From positions 32,001-96,000 of the forward strand of contig JANRKS010000032.1 of NCBI GenBank assembly GCA_033763315.1: a stretch of DNA of 64,000 nucleotides. Reading direction: 5' to 3'. Shown piece by piece: positions 8,416 to 17,413 of the stretch; position 1 is the first letter of the stretch; every line of letters begins with the position of its first letter. Made by a program: the position numbers and the translations under genes. Origin of the DNA: Deltaproteobacteria bacterium. Its GTDB lineage: Bacteria > Myxococcota_A > Polyangia > Fen-1088. Below the pieces are notes generated by a model. The model was not told where the DNA came from. It did no database searches and saw only the letters and a list, made by a program, of their open reading frames with translations.

Positions 8416-11187
8416 ATGCAAAACTTCTGCAATCGAAAACGCGCGCTTGTTCTTGTGGTGGCCGCCCTTGGTCTGTGGCCCCTGGCAGCGTTGGCGCAAA
8501 CCACGGGCACCATCAGCGGGACCGTGTGGGACCAAACGGGCACACCTGTGGCCGGCGTGACCGTCAGCATCGAGTCGCCCACGCAAATCGGCGGCAAACA
8601 GACGGCGGTGAGCGACAGTGGTGGTCGCTTCCGTTTCTCTGCGTTGACGCCCGGCATGTTTTCGTTGGTGGCCACAGCACCCAAACTGCGCAAGCTGGTT
8701 CAGCCAGGCATTCGGGTTAGCCAGGGCCGAATCATCGAGTTGGATCTGATCGTTGAAGTGGAGACGGGGAGCGACCCCGAAGAGTTCGTCATCGAACAAA
8801 AGGCGCCGCTCGTGAATACGAACAGCACCGGCGTGGGTGAAAGTTATGACGCCGAATTTCTCGACAAGCTTCCACTTACAACGCGTGATTACCAGGGCGT
8901 GGCTGCCTTAACACCGGGCGCCGTGGATCGCGAGGGCAGCGGCAACCCGCAGGTCCGCGGCGGCACGTACTTCAACAACAGCTACAAAGTGGATGGCTTC
9001 GAAACCACCGACCCCGTGACCCACACGTTCGGTCAGAACTTCAGCTTCGACGCCATGTCGCAAGTGGAAGTGAAGACCGCCTCGTTCGGCGCTGAAAACA
9101 GCAGCACCTCGGGCGGCATCGTCAACATCGTTACCAAAAGTGGCTCCAACCGGCTTGAGGTCGATGGCACCGCGACCTACACCGACGATCACTTGCGGTT
9201 CTTCACCGACAATCTGGACCGCGGCAACAACCGCTTGGCGACGGTCAGCCTCAACGTGGGAGGCCCCATTCAAAAGGACCGCATCTGGTTCTATGTGTCT
9301 GGGCAGATGACGAATGTGACGTCCTCTAACGTTGTCGACACTTCGGGGCAGCTTCCTGATCATCCGCCGTACTCTGTGCTGGCATTCGATGGCCTGGCAA
9401 AGGTCACGTGGCAGGTGAACCCGCGGAATAAGTTGGAATGGAAGAACACCTATTCCGTGGGTGACTTCCGCAATGTGTTGCAAAGCCCGTTCGTGGAACC
9501 AGAGGCCGAAGCGCGCCAGTTTCAGCGCACCTACTTTTCGGGCCTGTCGTGGAACGCGGTGTTGACCGACAACTTGGTGGCGGTGGCCCGCGCTGGTTTT
9601 CAACAGATATTCTTCGACGTGGGGCCGCAATCTTGCCTGTGGGATCCCAACTGCTCGAACGTTGCGGGTGAGTTCGATCTATCGTCCGGTGTTTCACGGA
9701 GAAACTTCACGTCGCAGACCCGCGATTCGCGCCGCACCGGCGAGCTTTCCGGTGAGGTGACCTATTTCAAGAACACCGCTACGTGGGGCAGCCACGGGTT
9801 GAAATTGGGCTGGAAATATTTTGCGATGTCGAACCAGTTCGCGCGCACGGTGCCAGGCGATCAGGTGCTGGGTTTCTTTGGGCAGCAGCCCTTTTTCCGC
9901 ACAGAAACGTGCGTCAACGATCCGCGTGATGAAAGCGGCGCGTGTCGATCTGCCTGGTTGCGCTCGCAGATCGGCAGCGACTCGTTGCTTTTACATTTAT
10001 CCGATCAATACAAGCCCACGCGCTACATCACGATCACTCCGGGCCTGGCTTTCCACAACAGTTCATCCGCCGACGATCAAGATCGCAACGTCACCGATAT
10101 TAGCGCCATCACGCCGCATCTTTCCGTGGCTTGGGATCCCACTCACGACGGCCGCACGGTGCTGCGCGCCAGCTACAACAGTTATGTCGACACAGGCTTT
10201 TTGGCTCTGGCGCGGTTCACCAGCCGTCAGCTCACACAGAAAACGTGCTTTTACGACATGGACATCGGAGGCTTCGTCGGCAACTGCCGGATCTCGGGCG
10301 GCTTTGAGTCCACCACCGTGGGGTTGCCGTGTGGCCCCGACGGCACAAATCCCGACGGCACGTCCTGCCGCACGAAATTGAACGCGCCGCGCACGCACGA
10401 GATCACCATGGGTGCAGAGCGTGAAGTGGTGACCGGCATCGTCGCCAAAGCCGACTTCGTCTATCGCAAATACAACCACCAGTGGGAGGACTTGGAGACG
10501 AACGCGATTTGGAACCAAGGCGGCACCGCCGTGCGCCGTGATGGCGGTTACAAGAATGGCCGCAGCCAATTCGTGTTCGATCTGGAAACCCCAAGCGAAG
10601 CGCGTCGCCGGTACGTGGGCGTTAGCCTAGGCATGCTCAAGCGCGAAGGCCTGCTCAAAATGTTGGCTTCCTATACGTGGTCCAGGGACGAGGGCGTGGC
10701 CAACGAGGACTACATCACCAACTTCTTGGATAACCCAGGGCAGAAGGCATTTTACTATGGACCCCTGCCTTCTGACATCCGCCACGTTGCGCGGTTACTC
10801 GCGTCGTATCAGGTGCTGCCGTGGTTGTCTGTGGGCGGCGTGTATGAGTTCCAGTCGGGGCCGCCCTATAACCGCTTCAGTGTGGATCCGGTGTATGGCT
10901 CTTTGTCGCGCTTCACGGCCAAGCGCGGCTACGACTCGCGCGGCAACTTGAACCCCGATGACGACATCCCTTTGCGCTTGCCTAACCTGATGACGATTGA
11001 CTTTCAAGCCCGCGCTAGCTTGCGCTCGCTCGTAGGTCAAAATATAGATGTCTTCTTCGACATGTTGAATCTCATGGGCCTGCGCACACCTTTGCTTGTG
11101 TCGCAAAACGACAACCAGTTTTTTGGTCAAACGGTTCTGCGCAACCCGCCGCTGCGCGCACGCTTGGGCTTGAGGTATCGTTTCTAA
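8416..11187 (+). CDS. TonB-dependent receptor, Oar-like (N-terminal carboxypeptidase-regulatory-like domain)
   Basis: Signal peptide ALA-Q, GTISGTVWDQTGTPVAGVTV, plug motif GGIVNIVTKSG, C-terminal beta-signal RLGLRYRF; start 8 nt after the upstream stop. Confidence 0.92.
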   Translation: MQNFCNRKRALVLVVAALGLWPLAALAQTTGTISGTVWDQTGTPVAGVTVSIESPTQIGGKQTAVSDSGGRFRFSALTPGMFSLVATAPKLRKLVQPGIRVSQGRIIELDLIVEVETGSDPEEFVIEQKAPLVNTNSTGVGESYDAEFLDKLPLTTRDYQGVAALTPGAVDREGSGNPQVRGGTYFNNSYKVDGFETTDPVTHTFGQNFSFDAMSQVEVKTASFGAENSSTSGGIVNIVTKSGSNRLEVDGTATYTDDHLRFFTDNLDRGNNRLATVSLNVGGPIQKDRIWFYVSGQMTNVTSSNVVDTSGQLPDHPPYSVLAFDGLAKVTWQVNPRNKLEWKNTYSVGDFRNVLQSPFVEPEAEARQFQRTYFSGLSWNAVLTDNLVAVARAGFQQIFFDVGPQSCLWDPNCSNVAGEFDLSSGVSRRNFTSQTRDSRRTGELSGEVTYFKNTATWGSHGLKLGWKYFAMSNQFARTVPGDQVLGFFGQQPFFRTETCVNDPRDESGACRSAWLRSQIGSDSLLLHLSDQYKPTRYITITPGLAFHNSSSADDQDRNVTDISAITPHLSVAWDPTHDGRTVLRASYNSYVDTGFLALARFTSRQLTQKTCFYDMDIGGFVGNCRISGGFESTTVGLPCGPDGTNPDGTSCRTKLNAPRTHEITMGAEREVVTGIVAKADFVYRKYNHQWEDLETNAIWNQGGTAVRRDGGYKNGRSQFVFDLETPSEARRRYVGVSLGMLKREGLLKMLASYTWSRDEGVANEDYITNFLDNPGQKAFYYGPLPSDIRHVARLLASYQVLPWLSVGGVYEFQSGPPYNRFSVDPVYGSLSRFTAKRGYDSRGNLNPDDDIPLRLPNLMTIDFQARASLRSLVGQNIDVFFDMLNLMGLRTPLLVSQNDNQFFGQTVLRNPPLRARLGLRYRF

Positions 11188-12030
11188 ATGCGTCTTGATC
11201 GCCGCGGGCTGCTGCTTATAGCCGCAGCTGTGTGGTCTGGTGGTCCGTCCGCGTGGGCCCAGGACTCCGTCGCGAGCTTGTCGGGGGATCTGGCAGGCGC
11301 TCGGTCTTTTAAAGTACGCATCCAGGCGGCGTATCTACTTGGCAAACTTCACGATCCCCGCGTGCTGCCCGCGTTGACGCGCGCCTTAAGCGAAGACAAA
11401 GAAGAGGTGGTGCGGGAGTTTGTGGCACGGTTGATTGCCAACAATCCGGGCGGCGATCCCGCTGGCAACAACGCGCGTATTGCGCTCGTCAACGCACTTC
11501 GCGATCGTTCAGACAAGGTTCGTCGTGCTGCCAAAAGCGGCCTGCAAACCTTAGAACAGAACGTTCGGCGCACCGCTAGTACGAACACACGGCCGATGCC
11601 GCCCGCGTCAGGGGCGCGCGCCAACAAGCGCATCAAGATCGTCGTGGGAAAGATGGCGGACCGGTCGGGGCAAGCGTCGACAGGCCAGCGCGATCGAGCC
11701 CGGCAAGAAGTGATGGGCCAATTGCGCGCGTCACCTTCCATCGCCCTGCAAGACCAAGTCGACGATGACGTCAGCTACATCGTTGATGGCTCTATTCGCA
11801 AGCTTACATTGCTGTCCTTGCGCAGCGATGTGGAGGCAACGTGCGCGATCGATCTGATTCTGAGCAAACCGTCACGCGGCATCTTAATGGTGGCTTCAGG
11901 CGAAGCGTCTGTGCAACGGCCCCGCGGGCAGTTCCGGCCGTATCAACGTGATGGCATGCAAAGCGAAGCCATCACGCACGCTGTGCGCAGCGCGCATGAA
12001 AACCTGGCGCAGTTTCTTGCGAGGCAGTGA
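11188..12030 (+). CDS. Exported HEAT-repeat protein with a C-terminal alpha/beta domain
   Basis: Signal peptide AWA-Q; HEAT-like KVRIQAAYLLGKL, VVREFVARLI, KVRRAAKSGL; starts immediately after the TBDR stop. Confidence 0.75.
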   Translation: MRLDRRGLLLIAAAVWSGGPSAWAQDSVASLSGDLAGARSFKVRIQAAYLLGKLHDPRVLPALTRALSEDKEEVVREFVARLIANNPGGDPAGNNARIALVNALRDRSDKVRRAAKSGLQTLEQNVRRTASTNTRPMPPASGARANKRIKIVVGKMADRSGQASTGQRDRARQEVMGQLRASPSIALQDQVDDDVSYIVDGSIRKLTLLSLRSDVEATCAIDLILSKPSRGILMVASGEASVQRPRGQFRPYQRDGMQSEAITHAVRSAHENLAQFLARQ

Positions 12031-12042
12031 ATCCGATGGAGC

Positions 12043-13020
12043 TCACTTCATCTGAAATGAGTGCATGAACTTCCATGCAGACTCGATGATGGCACCCAGA
12101 TCCTGATGCTGCGGCTGCCAGCCAAGCTCGCGTTTGATCTTTGCTGAACCCGCCACCAATACGGCCGAATCGCCCTCACGACGCGGCCCCATCTTCACAG
12201 GTACGTCTTTGCCCGTAACCGACTTGGCGACCTCGATCACCTCCTTGACTGTGTACCCTTCGCCGCCACAGCCAAGATTGTAGACCAAGGCTTTTTCGCC
12301 TTTCGCCAAAGCTTCAAGCGCCAGCACGTGAGCTTCTGCAAGATCCAGAACATGGATGTAGTCGCGCACGCAGGTGCCATCGCGCGTGGGAAAATCATCA
12401 CCGAACACCGTGATGGCAGGGGCCAACCCAGCCGCCGCGCGCAGAATCAGCGGAATGAGATGTGTTTCTGGCTCGTGCCGCTCGCCCGCGTCCGCCAGCG
12501 CGCCGGCGGCGTTGAAGTAACGCAGACAAGCCGTGTGCAGGCCGAACGCTTCGCCATACCACCTTAGCGCCTTCTCGAACGTCCACTTCGTTTCACCGTA
12601 AGGGTTGGTTGGGTTCTTGGCGTCTGTTTCCTCGATGGGAACGCGTTGCGGCTCGCCGTATACGGCGGCGGTCGATGAAAACAAGATGCGTTTGACGTTC
12701 GTGTCCCGCATGGCGTCCAACAAGCTCAGGCCACCCGTGACGTTCTGGTGGTAGTAGAGCGCCGGCTCGCGCACCGATTCGCCCACGGCAATCAGACCCG
12801 CCATGTGCACAACGGAATCGATCTTGTGCGTGAGCAGGGTGTCGCCAAGGTAGCTGCGATCCAGAATGTCCCCATGAACGAAACGCACGCCGTGTGCCAC
12901 GGAATCGCGGAAACCGCGCGAAAGGTTGTCGTAAACCGTGACGTTGTGTCCCTTCGCCAAAAGTTGGCGAGACAAAACGCTGCCGATGTATCCAGCGCCG
13001 CCCGTAACAAGCACGTTCAT
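12043..13020 (-). CDS. galE: UDP-glucose 4-epimerase GalE
   Basis: MNVLVTGGAGYIGS, FSSTAAVYG, NPYGETK (YxxxK), LRYFNAAGA, DGTCVRDYIHV. Confidence 0.95.
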   Translation of the reverse strand: MNVLVTGGAGYIGSVLSRQLLAKGHNVTVYDNLSRGFRDSVAHGVRFVHGDILDRSYLGDTLLTHKIDSVVHMAGLIAVGESVREPALYYHQNVTGGLSLLDAMRDTNVKRILFSSTAAVYGEPQRVPIEETDAKNPTNPYGETKWTFEKALRWYGEAFGLHTACLRYFNAAGALADAGERHEPETHLIPLILRAAAGLAPAITVFGDDFPTRDGTCVRDYIHVLDLAEAHVLALEALAKGEKALVYNLGCGGEGYTVKEVIEVAKSVTGKDVPVKMGPRREGDSAVLVAGSAKIKRELGWQPQHQDLGAIIESAWKFMHSFQMK

Positions 13021-13063
13021 TGTGAAAGTCTTTCTGCAAAAGTGTGAGGAGGCGCTGCAACGG

Positions 13064-13861
13064 TCACAAGTCGTCGCAAGGTGTGCCCAGGCGTTGACCC
13101 ACGTAAGGTCCAAGATCCGTGTAGATCAAGGGGATGTTGTCGTAGACATCAAGGCTGACCAGCTTTGTGTTGCTCTTGCCACGGACCCACGACGTTTCTT
13201 TCTTGTCCAAAACCAGCCGCAGATCGCCTGACTTTGTTGCAAAAATCTTGCCTTCCGAATCGCTCACCACATTTTTCATCTTGAGGGGCTTCATTGCCCC
13301 ACGCGGACCCCGGTACACGCGAAACACCAGATTGCCCTCGGGCTCGCGTTGGTGATCCACATAAAAGTAGGTGCCCGTGTTGTCGCGCGCCAACGCGAAA
13401 GCCTCATATTTCCAGCGCGGTTTGTAAAACGAAGCGCTTTGTAAGACGGCCGCGTTTTCTTCCTTCGACAGAGGCGACAGCGTTGTGAGCCGCTCGGCAC
13501 ACTGCACTTTGTAGGCTTTCTCTCTGAATTGAACAGACGCTTGGTACCGCGCCTGCACACGAGGCTCCCAGAATGTGAAATCGAAGCTCTCGTCCCCCAC
13601 AGAGCTGGACGAGCCGACGCGCAAAGCGTAGAAAACTTTGCCATCGCCGTAATACGTGTGGTCGTGCGGGCCGAAGGGCGTGACCACCACAAAATGGCCG
13701 TGGCCGTCCCCAAGCACTTGCAGCTTTTCTTTGACCTCCGAGATGTCGATCTTATCGCTTGCGGGCGGCAAAGGCTGTGCTTTTGCCGCGGCAAACACCG
13801 GGCAAGCGCCCAGCACGGTTGTTAAAACAAATGCGAGCTTCGCAAGGTTAAGACGGCTCAT
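13064..13861 (-). CDS. Hypothetical exported protein
   Basis: N-terminal signal peptide; beta-rich body; ends YVGQRLGTPCDDL. Confidence 0.75.
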   Translation of the reverse strand: MSRLNLAKLAFVLTTVLGACPVFAAAKAQPLPPASDKIDISEVKEKLQVLGDGHGHFVVVTPFGPHDHTYYGDGKVFYALRVGSSSSVGDESFDFTFWEPRVQARYQASVQFREKAYKVQCAERLTTLSPLSKEENAAVLQSASFYKPRWKYEAFALARDNTGTYFYVDHQREPEGNLVFRVYRGPRGAMKPLKMKNVVSDSEGKIFATKSGDLRLVLDKKETSWVRGKSNTKLVSLDVYDNIPLIYTDLGPYVGQRLGTPCDDL

Positions 13862-13881
13862 CGGCGAGTATAGTAGGCCAT
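13862..13881. promoter_or_regulatory. Putative bidirectional promoter with overlapping -10 hexamers
   Basis: Top TATAGT 13869-13874 lies 7 nt before ATG 13882; bottom TATACT (13872-13867) lies 5 nt before ATG 13861. Confidence 0.6.
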
Positions 13882-15453
13882 ATGTCGACGGACGGAAACT
13901 CCCCAGGCGGCAGACCTTCGGGGCCGATGTTCGCGGAAAGCCTGGGGCCCGGTGTTGTGCTGGGCGAGACCTATGAAATCACGCGGTTGATTGGCCGCGG
14001 TGGCATGGGCGCGGTTTGGGAAGCGAAACATCTGCGCCTGCCCGGCCGCTTCGTTGCGATCAAGGTGTTGTTGGGTGGGGGAGGCTCTGCGGAAATCCTG
14101 TCCCGCTTTCGCCGCGAGGTGGAGATTGCCTCGCGGCTTGGCCACCCGAACATCGTTGAAGCGATCGACTTTAACACCCTGCCTGACGGCACGCCTTACC
14201 AAGTGCTCGAACGTTTGCTTGGCGAAAGCCTGGGCGAGCGTTTGCGCCGCGGGCCGATCGCGCTGGCTGAAACGATGGCGCTGGTTCGCCAAATTGCCTC
14301 AGGCCTCGCGGCGGCCCACCGCGAAGGCATCGTGCACCGCGATCTGAAGCCCGAAAACATCTTTTTATGTCCGCCGCCCGACGACAGTCCGATTCCGCGC
14401 GTAAAGATCTTGGATTTCGGCATCTCGAAGATGCGCGGGGCACAGACGTTCAAGACGCAGGAATCGGTGGTGATGGGCACCCCGCAATACATGTCGCCCG
14501 AACAAGCCTCGGGCAACAACCAAGCCGTTGATGAGCGCACCGATGTGTTTGCGCTGGGGGCGATCGTTTACGAAATGTTGTCGGGCCACATGGCGTTTGC
14601 GGGCGACAACGTGCTCACCGTGATGGTGCAAGTGATGCAAGGCCAACCCACGCCACTGCAGCAGGTGATGCCGTCGTTGCCTGCGTCGGTTGTGGCTGCC
14701 GTAGAGGCGGCGCTTCAGAAAGATTTGGCGAAACGCTGCCCCAACGTCGCGGCGTTTGTGCAAGCGCTCACGGGGCGGCCGCTCGACGCGCGCACGGGGC
14801 CCGTGCCTGCGGCGCCGGGCTTTGCGGTGGGCGACGCCCTGGCGGCCACGCTGCCGCCCGAAGCGGCTGCGGGCCTCTCCGCCGTCGCGCACACGCAAGC
14901 GCCTCGCGCGCCTGCCGCACCGACCGCGAAAGTAAAACGCACGGGACCCGGCGTGTTGTTGGCCCTCGTGGGGGCCTGCGCGCTCACGGCAGGCGCATTC
15001 TTCTTCTTGAAGGGCTCTGTACACGCGCCCCCAGCACCCGTGGACCCAACCACTGTGGCCGCGCCGCCACCTGCGGCCACGCCGCCCGCGCCAGCCCCCG
15101 TCGCGCCCTTAGCGCCGGCTCCGGCCGTTGTCGCGCCCGCGTTCTCGAAGCCGCCACCTGCGGCCACCGGTTCGTCGTCGCGCCCCGGCCGTGAGGTTGT
15201 GCCCCCCGAAGTCGCCGCTGAGCTTGCTGAAGCCGAAGCGTTACTGGCCGCAGGCCAAACCAAAGAAGCCGCGCGCAAAGCCAAGCACAGTCTGTTTGGC
15301 GCCAAAACGTCGCGCGCCTACAAGGTGCTCACGCGCGCCGCGTGCGCCGAGGGCGATTTAACGAACGCCCGCGCGGCGTTTTTGAACGTGGCGCGGGCCG
15401 AACGAAAATCCGTGGTAGCCGCTTGTTTAAAAAGCGGCCTGGATCTTCAGTGA
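13882..15453 (+). CDS. Membrane Hanks-type Ser/Thr protein kinase with a C-terminal TPR-like helical domain
   Basis: IGRGGMGAVW, VAIK, HRDLKPEN, DFG, GTPQYMSPEQ; TM GVLLALVGACALTAGAFFFL; Pro-rich linker. Confidence 0.95.
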   Translation: MSTDGNSPGGRPSGPMFAESLGPGVVLGETYEITRLIGRGGMGAVWEAKHLRLPGRFVAIKVLLGGGGSAEILSRFRREVEIASRLGHPNIVEAIDFNTLPDGTPYQVLERLLGESLGERLRRGPIALAETMALVRQIASGLAAAHREGIVHRDLKPENIFLCPPPDDSPIPRVKILDFGISKMRGAQTFKTQESVVMGTPQYMSPEQASGNNQAVDERTDVFALGAIVYEMLSGHMAFAGDNVLTVMVQVMQGQPTPLQQVMPSLPASVVAAVEAALQKDLAKRCPNVAAFVQALTGRPLDARTGPVPAAPGFAVGDALAATLPPEAAAGLSAVAHTQAPRAPAAPTAKVKRTGPGVLLALVGACALTAGAFFFLKGSVHAPPAPVDPTTVAAPPPAATPPAPAPVAPLAPAPAVVAPAFSKPPPAATGSSSRPGREVVPPEVAAELAEAEALLAAGQTKEAARKAKHSLFGAKTSRAYKVLTRAACAEGDLTNARAAFLNVARAERKSVVAACLKSGLDLQ

Positions 15454-15460
15454 CCTCAGC

Positions 15461-17266
15461 TCAAAGCGCGTAGCCGCCCGATTCGATGGTGTGCATCGCG
15501 ATCTTGCGGCGCAAAGAGAAGGTGTTCACCCTCGTCAACTCATAATACGAGTTGATGTCGCGGATCTCCTTTTTCCACTCTTGCTCTTCCGACATCCACA
15601 TCAGCATCTCGCGTACGCGATCGAACACCTGCTCGTGCGCTTGCGCTGTGTAAAGTTGGGTCATCGCAATCGGAATGGCGGATTTGGCTTCGCCTTGGCT
15701 TTCCACCAGCTGCAACGTGCGGCAGATGGCAGAATCCATGGCGTAAATGTCAATCATGCAATCAGCCAAGACACCCAAGAGCTCTTGTTTGTCCGAGATT
15801 TTTTGCATGTATTTTTGCACACCCAGCGAAGCGGCAAAGGCCACCGCGCGTTTGGCGTAATCGCACTTCTTTCGCTCCAAGCCCAACGGCCCGGCGGGGA
15901 TGCTGCGATCGATGGTGGAAGGATCAGCCAATTCCTTTTGCACCTTGCCCACCAGGCCCATTAAGCCCAGGCGCCCTTGCATGGTGCGCTTGAGGATCGT
16001 GCCTGGCACCAGCAATCGGTTGATCTCGTTTGTGCCCTCAAAGATCCTATTGATGCGTGCGTCGCGGCTCACGCGTTCAATCGGGTAATCGGTGATGTAG
16101 CCCGCGCCGCCAAAGATCTGCAGCGTCTCATCGGCTGTGTTGTGCAGCATCTCCGATCCGAAGACCTTGATGATTGACGCCTCGATCGAATGCTCTTCAA
16201 CGGCGTCGATCTCTTTGCTTTGCGCTTTCGGATCGTCTGCGGCGATGCTGGCGCAACGGGCGTCGATCAGGCCCACGGTGCGAAACGACATCGCTTCGGC
16301 CACGTAGATGTTCATCGCGATGGTGCCGATCTTTTTGCGAATGAGATCGAACTCGGCGATGGATTTGCCGAACTGTTTGCGCTCAACCGCGTACTTTACG
16401 CCTGCGTCCAAACAGAATTTGGCGCCGCCCAAAGAGCCCACGCCCAGCTTGAAGCGGCCCAAGTTTAAGATGTTAAAAGCTATCTTGTGGCCTTTGCCGA
16501 TCTCGCCCAGCACGTTCTCTGCGGGCACTTTGCAGTCTTCCAAAATCAACGGGCAGGTTGAACTGCCGCGGATGCCCAGCTTGTGTTCCTCGGGCCCGAT
16601 GGTGAGCCCAGGCGTCGTGCGGTCGATGATGAAACCCGTGAACTTGTCGCCATCGATCTGCGCAAACACCACGAACACATCGGCGAAGCCCGCGTTGGTG
16701 ATGTATTGCTTGGTGCCGTTAAGAACATAGTGTGTGCCATCGCTTGAGAGAATGGCTTTGGTTTTCGCGGCCAAGGCGTCTGACCCGCTGCCGGGTTCTG
16801 TCAGCGCGTAAGCGGCCAACCATTCGCCGGTGGCGATCTTCGGCAGATACTTTTCACGCTGCGCTTGGTTGCCAAACAGCACAATCGGCATGGCCCCAAT
16901 GCCCACGTGCGCGCCGAAGGTCACGGCCCACGACCCCAATCGGCTCATCGCCTCAAAGATCAGGCTGGAGCTGGTTTTGTCGCCGCCCAGGCCTCCGAAG
17001 GCTTCAGGCACGTCGTGGCCCAGCAACCCCACCTCGCCGGCCTTTTTCAAGATCGCCGGCATCAAGCCCGGTTTCTTGTCTTCGATGGCAGCAATGTTCG
17101 GTTCAACCTCGCGGTCGAAAAAGTCCCTCGCTGTGTCACGCATCATCCGTTGCTCTTCGGTGAGCATTTCCGGCGTGAAGATGCGTGCTGACCCGGTAGG
17201 CTCCAGCAAGAAGCCGCCGCCGGGAGTGAGGGTGAGGGATCCAAAGGGATTGTTCGCGTCGCCCAT
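15461..17266 (-). CDS. Acyl-CoA dehydrogenase (long, VLCAD/FadE-like)
   Basis: YALTEPGSGSDA, LNGTKQYITN, KLGIRGS, QIFGGAGY, RIFEGTNEINR. Confidence 0.95.
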   Translation of the reverse strand: MGDANNPFGSLTLTPGGGFLLEPTGSARIFTPEMLTEEQRMMRDTARDFFDREVEPNIAAIEDKKPGLMPAILKKAGEVGLLGHDVPEAFGGLGGDKTSSSLIFEAMSRLGSWAVTFGAHVGIGAMPIVLFGNQAQREKYLPKIATGEWLAAYALTEPGSGSDALAAKTKAILSSDGTHYVLNGTKQYITNAGFADVFVVFAQIDGDKFTGFIIDRTTPGLTIGPEEHKLGIRGSSTCPLILEDCKVPAENVLGEIGKGHKIAFNILNLGRFKLGVGSLGGAKFCLDAGVKYAVERKQFGKSIAEFDLIRKKIGTIAMNIYVAEAMSFRTVGLIDARCASIAADDPKAQSKEIDAVEEHSIEASIIKVFGSEMLHNTADETLQIFGGAGYITDYPIERVSRDARINRIFEGTNEINRLLVPGTILKRTMQGRLGLMGLVGKVQKELADPSTIDRSIPAGPLGLERKKCDYAKRAVAFAASLGVQKYMQKISDKQELLGVLADCMIDIYAMDSAICRTLQLVESQGEAKSAIPIAMTQLYTAQAHEQVFDRVREMLMWMSEEQEWKKEIRDINSYYELTRVNTFSLRRKIAMHTIESGGYAL

Positions 17267-17413
17267 ACGATAATTCTACCCCGGTTTCTTTCCGCGCGCG
17301 TGCCCGGACTTAGGTTATCGTGAAAGCATCAACGTTGAACGTGAACCGTCGATGGTAAAGATTGTGCTGATGCCTACACCTGATTACCGCGCTCGAAGGT
17401 TGGCCACGCGCAG

